Below, piece after piece: positions 37,805 through 44,628 of a stretch of DNA of 44,628 bases. A model generated the notes under the pieces. It saw only the letters and a program-made list of their open reading frames with translations, did not search any database and had not been told where the DNA came from. Numbering within the stretch: the first letter of the stretch is position 1; each line of letters starts with the position of its first letter. The DNA comes from Acidimicrobiales bacterium (GTDB lineage Bacteria; Actinomycetota; Acidimicrobiia; Acidimicrobiales; Iamiaceae): positions 1 through 44,628 of the forward strand of contig DAIMFV010000005.1 in the NCBI GenBank assembly GCA_036724365.1. The letters are read 5' to 3'. Made by a program: the position numbers and the translations under genes.

Positions 37805-37942
37805 CTATCGCATCACCGACGACACCGACAGCGCGACGAGCAACACCACCACACCGACCATGAGCAGGGTGGCCCGCACCCACGGATGTGTCGGCCCATC
37901 GAGAGGGCTTCGGTGGCCATGACGATCGTCACTGTCCTTCAT
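37805..37942 (-). CDS. 45-aa single-TM small protein (not in ORF track)
   Basis: MKDSDDRHGHRSPLDGPTHPWVRATLLMVGVVVLLVALSVSSVMR*. Confidence 0.45.
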   Translation of the reverse strand: MKDSDDRHGHRSPLDGPTHPWVRATLLMVGVVVLLVALSVSSVMR

Positions 37943-37968
37943 CGACGATGATCCTATAGTCTTGCACT

Positions 37969-38382
37969 ATGAGATTAGAAGTTACGCGACGGACCGATCT
38001 CGCCACCCGTGCGTTGATCGCACTCGCGGCTGGCGGTGGACGGCGCAAGGCGTCGGAGCTGGCCGCAGATCTCGACGCCTCGCCCGGGTTCTTGTCCCAG
38101 GCGATGACGCCGATGGTGAACCGCGGTTGGGTGCGCTCCGAGCCCGGGCGATCCGGCGGGTACACCGCGGTCGCCTCGCTCGAAGATGTGTCGGTGCTCG
38201 ATGTCGTCGAGGCCGTGGAAGGCCCGACCGACGTGGCACGGTGCGTCCTCGAGGACAGAGCCTGTGCCGGCGGCGGCCGGTGCGCGCTCCACGACGCTTG
38301 GGGTCAAGCTCGCGGGCATCTGCTGCGTGACCTCGCCGAGACCCCGCTGAGCGCCATCGCCGCCCCGAGGCGGCGACGGTGA
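37969..38382 (+). CDS. Rrf2-family Fe-S transcriptional regulator
   Basis: TDLATRAL, GRSGGY, VVEAVEG, C-x6-C-x5-C-x2-H. Confidence 0.9.
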   Translation: MRLEVTRRTDLATRALIALAAGGGRRKASELAADLDASPGFLSQAMTPMVNRGWVRSEPGRSGGYTAVASLEDVSVLDVVEAVEGPTDVARCVLEDRACAGGGRCALHDAWGQARGHLLRDLAETPLSAIAAPRRRR

Positions 38383-38642
38383 GCACCGATGTCGCCCCGA
38401 CCGCCGCGATTGCGGACGAGGTAGGGGTTGGGATCCGCGTGCGAGTCCATCCCGGGTTGTGCGAAGGCTGGGGCAACTGCCATCGCTTCGCGCCGACCGT
38501 GTACCCCCTCGACGCTGAGGGCTACATCGATCTGCACCTACTGGAGGTACCAGCTCAACTGGCGGACGCCGGCCGACTCGGCGCTGAGGTCTGCCCCGCG
38601 CGAGCGATCACCATCATCGAGGGAAGAGGCTCGCAGCCGTGA
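38379..38642 (+). CDS. Single-cluster ferredoxin ([3Fe-4S]-type)
   Basis: CEGWGNC...CPARAI. Confidence 0.85.
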   Translation: MSTDVAPTAAIADEVGVGIRVRVHPGLCEGWGNCHRFAPTVYPLDAEGYIDLHLLEVPAQLADAGRLGAEVCPARAITIIEGRGSQP

Positions 38643-39463
38643 CCGACACCGCCTCAGCCGCCGCAGTCTCGCCGTCGCCGGCCAGGGTCGGACGATCAGC
38701 GTTGCGCAGCATCGCGGTCCCGACCGAGCACGGCGGTTGGGGTCTCACCGCGGAGCCCGTCGTGCTCGGGCTCGCCGTCGCCCCCAGCATCGCTGGGCTG
38801 TGCCTCGGGTCCGCCGCGATCATCGCGTTCCTGGCCCGCACCCCGCTTCGCATCGTGCTCGTCGACCGGCACCGCAACCGTGACCTCGACCGCACCGGGC
38901 TCGCACGCCGGGTCCTGCTCGTCGAGGTCGCGGTCATCGTCGCCCTCGTCGCCGGAGCAGCGGTCACCGCCACGGCGACGTTCTGGTGGCCCGCGGCGAT
39001 CGCAGCGCCGCTCGTCGCCACCGAGTTGTGGTTCGACACCCGCTCGCGCAGCCGGCGGCTAGTCCCCGAGCTCGCCGGCACCTACGGCATCTGCTCGGTT
39101 GCCGCCATGATCCTCCTCGCTACCGGGCACCCGCCTGCCGAAGCCATCGCCGCCTGGCTGATCCTCGCCGGCCGCGCCACCACCGCCATCCCCCACGTCC
39201 GCGCCCAGATCGCCCGGCTTCACCGGCGGTCCTGGTCTTCGAGAGAGCTGATCGTCGCCGACTTCGCCGCCCTCGCGGTCGCCATCGCTGCCGTGGCCAT
39301 CGATCCCGCAGTCGCCCCAGGTGCCGTCGCGGTGGCCGGTGTGGTGACCATCCAACGGATCACCGCCCGCACCCCGGTGCCCGCCAAGGTCATCGGCATC
39401 CGCCAGACCATTCTCGGCCTGGCCGTCGTCGCCGCCACTGTCGCAGGCATCCACCTCTCCTGA
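38639..39463 (+). CDS. YwiC-like membrane protein
   Basis: P.EHGGWG motif, about eight TMs, AKVIGIRQ. Confidence 0.8.
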   Translation: MTDTASAAAVSPSPARVGRSALRSIAVPTEHGGWGLTAEPVVLGLAVAPSIAGLCLGSAAIIAFLARTPLRIVLVDRHRNRDLDRTGLARRVLLVEVAVIVALVAGAAVTATATFWWPAAIAAPLVATELWFDTRSRSRRLVPELAGTYGICSVAAMILLATGHPPAEAIAAWLILAGRATTAIPHVRAQIARLHRRSWSSRELIVADFAALAVAIAAVAIDPAVAPGAVAVAGVVTIQRITARTPVPAKVIGIRQTILGLAVVAATVAGIHLS

Positions 39464-39478
39464 CCGAAGGAGCACACC

Positions 39479-40180
39479 ATGACCCCCAGCCCGACACTCG
39501 CCGCCATCGTCGATGCGAACCCCGCCAGCGTCCGCATCCTCGAGCGCCACCAACTCGACTACTGCTGCGGTGGACGCCGCACCCTCGAACAGGCCTGCGC
39601 CGAACGCGATCTCGACCCTGCCGCTGTCCTCGCCGAACTCGGCGCACTCCAGCCCGCCGCCGCGGCCGACTGGCCGACGATGGAACCCGCCCAGCTCGTC
39701 GACCACATCGAGTCCACCCATCACCGCTACTTGCACGAGGAGCTCCCCCGTCTCGCTGCGCTGACCGACAAGGTCGTCGGCGTCCACGGCACCCACCACC
39801 CCGAACTGCACAGCGTGAAGGTCACGTTCACCGCACTGCGCGACGATCTCGAACCGCACCTCATGAAGGAGGAGCAGGTCCTGTTCCCGATGATCCGCGA
39901 CCTCGCCGACGCAACCACGGCACCGACGTTCCACTGCGGCAGCGTCGCCAACCCGATCCGCATGATGCTCCTCGAACACGACCGAGCCGGCGAGCTCCTC
40001 GCCGAGCTGCGCGACATCACCAACGAGTTCCAGCCACCCGAGGATGGGTGCGCGAGCTACCAGGCCCTCTACCACGGCCTCGCCGAGATCGAGGCCGACA
40101 CCCACCTCCACGTCCACAAGGAGAACAACGTCCTGTTCCCCGCCGTCCTGGCCCTCGAAGACGCGCTGAGCACCCGGTGA
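39479..40180 (+). CDS. ric: Iron-sulfur cluster repair di-iron protein (Ric/YtfE/ScdA)
   Basis: LDYCCGG, HHRYL, HLMKEEQVLFP, EHD, HVHKENNVLFP. Confidence 0.95.
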   Translation: MTPSPTLAAIVDANPASVRILERHQLDYCCGGRRTLEQACAERDLDPAAVLAELGALQPAAAADWPTMEPAQLVDHIESTHHRYLHEELPRLAALTDKVVGVHGTHHPELHSVKVTFTALRDDLEPHLMKEEQVLFPMIRDLADATTAPTFHCGSVANPIRMMLLEHDRAGELLAELRDITNEFQPPEDGCASYQALYHGLAEIEADTHLHVHKENNVLFPAVLALEDALSTR

Positions 40181-40599
40181 GTGCAGGACGGGTACGGCCC
40201 GCACCGACCTGCGATCTCGACGACCCTGCCGAGGTCGCGGAGATGGTCCGTCGCTTCTACCAAGACGTCGCCCAGGACGACCTCCTCGGGCCGCTCTTCA
40301 ACGATGTCGCCGCCGTCGACTGGGCCGACCACCTTCCCAAGCTCACCCGGTTCTGGTGCCGGGCCCTGCTCGGCATCGAGGGCTACCAGGGCAACCCGTT
40401 CCGCTCCCACGCCGCCATCAACGACCAGTCCCCGTTCACACCAGCGCACTTCGAACGGTGGCTCCAGCTCTTCGAGGACACGCTCGAGCTCGGCTGGGTC
40501 GGGCCCAACACCGAACGCGCCATCGCCCTGGCCAGAAACGTCGCCGCCGTCCACTCGAGCCAGCTGATCGGCCGCTCACGGACAGCTGCGCAGCCGTGA
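40177..40599 (+). CDS. Group III truncated haemoglobin
   Basis: MVRRFYQDVAQDDLLGPLF, DWADHLPKLTRFW, HFERWL.LF; GTGA overlap. Confidence 0.9.
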   Translation: MSAGRVRPAPTCDLDDPAEVAEMVRRFYQDVAQDDLLGPLFNDVAAVDWADHLPKLTRFWCRALLGIEGYQGNPFRSHAAINDQSPFTPAHFERWLQLFEDTLELGWVGPNTERAIALARNVAAVHSSQLIGRSRTAAQP

Positions 40600-41075
40600 C
40601 CGCCGACCTGGGCGGTGAGGCACCGTGCCTGCTCGGGGTCGTCGACGACCATCGAGATCTCCCCACCACTGTCGGCGCCCGTCCGGACCTGTCCACCGCG
40701 GCCGCGATCCACGACCTCGTGACCCGCTTCTACCGCGAGATCGTCTTCGACGACTTGCTGGCACCGGTCTTCGACGAGGTCGCCGAGGTCGACTGGGCCA
40801 TCCACATCCCGAACCTCATCGACTACTGGTGCTGGATCGTGCTCGGAACCAACCGGTACCGCGGCGCCGTCACCGCCACCCATCGACGCCTTCACTCCCA
40901 GCAGGCCATGACGCCATCCCATTGCCACCGCTGGTTCGCGCTCTGGTGCTCGACGATCGACGACAGCTGGACCGGACCCAGCGCCGAGAAGGCAAAGACC
41001 CACGCGGCGGTGCTCATGCGCGGTATGGCCAAGCACGTGTTCGGATTCGAGTGGACGGCGGCAGACAGCACCTGA
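40596..41075 (+). CDS. Group III truncated haemoglobin (second)
   Basis: LVTRFYREIVFDDLLAPVF, DWAIHIPNLIDYW, H..RW..L; GTGA overlap. Confidence 0.88.
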   Translation: MTADLGGEAPCLLGVVDDHRDLPTTVGARPDLSTAAAIHDLVTRFYREIVFDDLLAPVFDEVAEVDWAIHIPNLIDYWCWIVLGTNRYRGAVTATHRRLHSQQAMTPSHCHRWFALWCSTIDDSWTGPSAEKAKTHAAVLMRGMAKHVFGFEWTAADST

Positions 41076-41409
41076 TGTGCAGCTCTCCTACTGATTGTTC
41101 CCACAGGTTCCGACCGTCGGGACCCGAGGGGCGTGGCAGGAGTGGTGATCCCGTGAGCTAGCTAGCGCATCCGTCAGTTCGACGCCCGCCTTCAGGCACT
41201 CGGCCCGGCCCAGGCCGGGACATCCGGAACCCCCTGGTCGGCACCGACCGGGCCGCCACACCGAGCGGCGCCCTTCCTCCGAATACCGACGGGAGGTCCG
41301 CGGTCCGTCCATGGCCACCATCACCCGGCGACGGTGGTGCCCGCCGGTTTCCCGGTCCTCGGTCTCCGGGTTCCTGGGCGCGGTGTCCATGGTGACCCCC
41401 TTCGTGTCG

Positions 41410-41826
41410 TTACCCGCTGGGCAGGTCCGCCCACAGCGAGTCGAATCGGGGACGCAGCCGAGAGAGCTCTTCGAGGTGGACGCTGGCCAGCGCGGCCACG
41501 CGTGCCTCTCCTGTGTCGGTGAGCCGGAGCCGCACGACCCGCTGGTCGTGGGCGTCGCCAATCCTCTCGACAAGGCCTGCCGTCACCGCCCGGTCGACCA
41601 ACTCGACGACGCTGTGGTGCCGCAACAGCATGTGCTCAGCCACATCCCGGATCGACGGCGCCTCGCCGTGCCCCCGGATGGCGAGCAGCAACTGGTGCTG
41701 CGCACCAGTGAGACCCACGGCCTTCGCCTGCCCCTCGCTCCAGTGCTGGAATCGGCGCAGCCCGTCCCTGAACGCCAGCAGCCGGGCGAAGTCCTCGTCT
41801 CGGAGCCTCACCGTTCGCTCAGTCAT
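41410..41826 (-). CDS. MarR-family regulator
   Basis: GLTGAQHQLLLAI, HHSVVELVDR, DQRVVRLRLTDTG. Confidence 0.9.
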   Translation of the reverse strand: MTERTVRLRDEDFARLLAFRDGLRRFQHWSEGQAKAVGLTGAQHQLLLAIRGHGEAPSIRDVAEHMLLRHHSVVELVDRAVTAGLVERIGDAHDQRVVRLRLTDTGEARVAALASVHLEELSRLRPRFDSLWADLPSG

Positions 41827-41855
41827 ATCGCTTCACGATACTATCGTCTCACGAT
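41826..41855. promoter_or_regulatory. Tandem ATCG-N5-CGAT operators filling the marR-clc gap
   Basis: tATCGcttcaCGATa and tATCGtctcaCGAT. Confidence 0.6.
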
Positions 41856-43623
41856 GATTGTTCGGACACCTTCGAAGCGACTGGCCCTGCTGGCCGGGTT
41901 GGCGGCGCTGCTCGGGTTCGTGGGGGGAGGAGCGGCGTGGGCGCTGGTCCATCTCATCGAGCTGCTCACCAACCTGTTGCTCTTCCACCAGTGGGGCACC
42001 GACGTGCCCCCCATGGAGACCCTCGACGTGAACTGGTCGACCTACGCGGTGGCGGTCGGGGGGGCGATCGTGATCAGCCTGCTGGCGAAGTGGGCGCCGG
42101 TGATCCGGGGTCATGGCATACCGGAGACGATGGAGGCCGTCCTCAGCAAGCAGAGCCGCATCGCGCCGCGCACCGCGGTGGCGAAGCCGATATCCGCCGC
42201 GATCGCCATCGGAACCGGTGCACCGTTCGGTGCCGAGGGGCCGATCATCGTTACCGGCGGGTCGATCGGGTCGCTGCTCGGTCAAGTCCTGCCGGTCACT
42301 CCCTCGGAACGCAAGATCCTCCTGGCCGCCGGCGCGGCGGCGGGCATGTCGGCGACGTTCGGGGCGCCGCTCGCCGCGGTCGTGCTGGCCATCGAGCTGC
42401 TGCTCTTCGAGTTCTCGGTACGGGCGTTCGTCCCCCTCGTCGTCGCGACGGCCATCGCCGGGGGGATGCACTCGGCGCTCTTCGGTGAGGGGCCACTGTT
42501 CTCGGTCCCGGTCCATGACTTCGCCGGCCTGGAGGCGCTCCCGGCCTTCGTGCTGCTCGGGATCGCCTGCGGCGTGTTGGCCATCGTCGTCAGTCGTGGC
42601 CTGTTCTTCGTCGAGGACCTGTACCGGCGGCTCCCGATCAGCGACTTCTGGCACCCCGCCATCGGCGCCCTCTGCTTCGTCACCGTCGGGTTGTTTGTGC
42701 CCCGGGCGCTCGGGGTCGGTTACGAGGCGATCGACGACGTCCTCAACGCCCGCCTCGCCGTCGGCACCGTCGCCGCCCTCGCCGTCGGCAAGCTCGTCGC
42801 CTGGTGGCTGGCCCTGGGATCGGGCACCTCGGGCGGGACGTTGGCGCCGATCCTGCTGATCAGCGCCTCGTTCGGCACCGTGGTAGGCGCGGGCCTCAAC
42901 GAGGTGCTGCCCGGGCCTGACACCAGTGTCGGTGCGTTCGCGATCGTGGCCATGGCCGCGACCTTCGGGGCTGCCACCCAGGCCCCCTTTGCCGCCATCG
43001 TGTTCGTGTTCGAGCTGACCCGGGACTACGACGTCATCCTCCCCCTCATGTTGGCCGCCGTCGTCGCTGACCTGGTGTATTCAGCGGTCAACCAGGACAG
43101 CCTCATGACCGAGAAGCTGCGCCGCCGGGGTTTGCACATCGGCCGCCACTACGGCGTTGACCCCTTCACCAGCGTCCGCGTGGCGGAGATCATGACCGCG
43201 GAGGTGGTCGCCCTCGACCACACCGCGACCATCGGTGACGCCCAGACCCGGTTCGCCGCGGGCGGGCACGGCGCCTACCCGATCGTCGACGCGGGCCGGC
43301 TCGTGGGCATCGTCACCCGCGGCGACGTGCTCCGCGGCGCCTGCGACGACGATGACCCGCCCGTCATGGACCACGCCGCGAGCCAGGTGCTCACTGTCGA
43401 AGCCGGCGATACCGCCCAGACCGCGCTCCGGATCATGGTCGATGAGCAAGTCGAACACGTCCCCGTCATCGATCAAGGCCACCGACTCGTCGGAATCTGC
43501 ACCCGCACCGACCTGCTCAAGGTCCGCCGCCGCCAACTCGACCTCGAACGCCGCCAAGGCGGCCTCGCGTCCCGGCTCAACGGCATCGCAGGGATCCGCT
43601 CACGGAAGAAGACTTCCACGTGA
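41854..43623 (+). CDS. ClC-family anion channel/antiporter with CBS pair
   Basis: GHGIPE, GAEGPII, GTSGGTLAP, ELTRDY, two CBS domains. Confidence 0.92.
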   Translation: MIVRTPSKRLALLAGLAALLGFVGGGAAWALVHLIELLTNLLLFHQWGTDVPPMETLDVNWSTYAVAVGGAIVISLLAKWAPVIRGHGIPETMEAVLSKQSRIAPRTAVAKPISAAIAIGTGAPFGAEGPIIVTGGSIGSLLGQVLPVTPSERKILLAAGAAAGMSATFGAPLAAVVLAIELLLFEFSVRAFVPLVVATAIAGGMHSALFGEGPLFSVPVHDFAGLEALPAFVLLGIACGVLAIVVSRGLFFVEDLYRRLPISDFWHPAIGALCFVTVGLFVPRALGVGYEAIDDVLNARLAVGTVAALAVGKLVAWWLALGSGTSGGTLAPILLISASFGTVVGAGLNEVLPGPDTSVGAFAIVAMAATFGAATQAPFAAIVFVFELTRDYDVILPLMLAAVVADLVYSAVNQDSLMTEKLRRRGLHIGRHYGVDPFTSVRVAEIMTAEVVALDHTATIGDAQTRFAAGGHGAYPIVDAGRLVGIVTRGDVLRGACDDDDPPVMDHAASQVLTVEAGDTAQTALRIMVDEQVEHVPVIDQGHRLVGICTRTDLLKVRRRQLDLERRQGGLASRLNGIAGIRSRKKTST

Positions 43624-43860
43624 ACGACAACCTCACGGTTCTACACGTCCCCTGCGAGGATCGCCCAGTAGTCCCAGCGCTTGTTGATGCCGAAGCAGCC
43701 GTCCAGGTTCGCCCGGTGCAGCGGTCGGCGAGACCCAACCCAGCGCGGCACGGTTCAGCCGACTGCCGTCGGGTGGGCACAGGTGGATTTCGGTGGTGAG
43801 CTCGTCTCGGGGTCACCTCGCCATTCCTTCAAGGGTTCAGTGCTGCTTCGCCCGCTCGTT

Positions 43861-44628
43861 TCAAGGGTGTCGGCCGGCCAGCGTGGCGTAGTGCTGCGCC
43901 ACCGGACGTGGGTTCCGTTGGGCGTCGAACAGTCCGACCTCGGTCACGGTTCCGATCGGTACTGTCAGCGCGGTGTCCCAGTCGTACTGGTCGCCTCGGC
44001 TGTACCAGCAGATCCCCCGCACCGGCAGGCCGCGCGCTGCGAGGGTGTCGAGTGATGCGGTGAGCGCGGCGAGCCACTCGCTGCCCTGGTCGACCGGGAG
44101 GCCGAGGTTGGAGGTCTCCGACACCCAGAACGGCACCCGGTAGCGCTCGTACCAAGCGGAGGCCTCGGCGTCGTACGCGCCAACGCGATCGGCGATCGAC
44201 AGCGGCCGCTCGGCACGTGTTCCATGCGCGGTGACGCTGACAGGGTAGATGTCGTGGCCGGCGACGATCCGGTCGGGCGGCACGACGCCGACGAGGGCCT
44301 CGATGCGCGACTGGACCGAGTCGGCCACCACATCGGCGGGTCGCGCTGCGACGCCACGCGGCGCCACGCCGAGGTGCAGATCCCACACGGCCTGCTGCAG
44401 ATCACGCGACTCGGTCGCCGATCGCACTCCTGCCTCATCGTCCGGATCGGACAACTCGCAGCCGAAGCCTTCGGATCCGATCCACCAGCCATCGCGGTCG
44501 GCTCGGACGCGGGCCAGGGCCTCGAGGTTCGCGAGCACGACGTTGCCCAGCGCGACGAAGTAGTCGTCGGCGGTGGCCCGGCGGTCGTTCCACATGCCGA
44601 GCAGCGCGGAGAACATGGCGGTGATGCC
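43861..44628 (-). CDS. Glycoside hydrolase (GH1/clan A-like), 5' end outside the window
   Basis: ERYRVPFWVSETS nucleophile-like motif, VRGICWYS..DQYDW, VGLFD..R.PRP. Confidence 0.65.
   Translation of the reverse strand, partial: GITAMFSALLGMWNDRRATADDYFVALGNVVLANLEALARVRADRDGWWIGSEGFGCELSDPDDEAGVRSATESRDLQQAVWDLHLGVAPRGVAARPADVVADSVQSRIEALVGVVPPDRIVAGHDIYPVSVTAHGTRAERPLSIADRVGAYDAEASAWYERYRVPFWVSETSNLGLPVDQGSEWLAALTASLDTLAARGLPVRGICWYSRGDQYDWDTALTVPIGTVTEVGLFDAQRNPRPVAQHYATLAGRHP

Noticed and set aside
41088..41390. Possible universal stress protein remnant (RRVMVAMDG) behind an RBS
   Set aside because: Similarity covers only a few residues and the rest is uninformative
38986..43623. Long ORF versions of the globins (537 and 239 aa) and ClC (770 aa)
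   Set aside because: They overlap ywiC, ric, the first globin or marR in other frames; GTGA-coupled or operator-adjacent starts fit better

Overview
High-GC, actinobacterial-type accessory DNA (host lineage inferred from composition and gene content), organised as a chain of integrative elements. The same 47-bp sequence, containing the 3' half of an initiator tRNA-Met on the minus strand, occurs three times (3637-3683, 9992-10038, 30337-30383). Each copy has a related tyrosine integrase on its left and 12-bp-period GTAGAA-type tandem repeats on both sides. The four segments are: (D, <1-3638) an IS3 end interrupting a hypothetical gene, a HigBA-like toxin-antitoxin pair and integrase 1; (C, 6.4 kb) a HEPN/Abi_2-like RNase, the Hen1-Pnkp RNA repair operon and integrase 2, which has a catalytic Arg->Gly change; (B, 20.4 kb) a copper/heavy-metal island with three P1B ATPases, CopZ, two CsoR, an ABC system whose ATPase carries a YHS domain, two cytochromes c, Lgt, a cupredoxin, a thioredoxin and integrase 3; (A, 30384->44628) TetR, a six-gene membrane-bound Nas-type molybdoenzyme/Rieske/TDT operon divergent from an Rrf2-ferredoxin-YwiC-Ric-2x truncated haemoglobin operon, MarR/ClC and a partial glycoside hydrolase. 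No intact tRNA and no conjugation, replication or phage structural genes are visible. All family calls come from motif recognition by eye; no database search was run.
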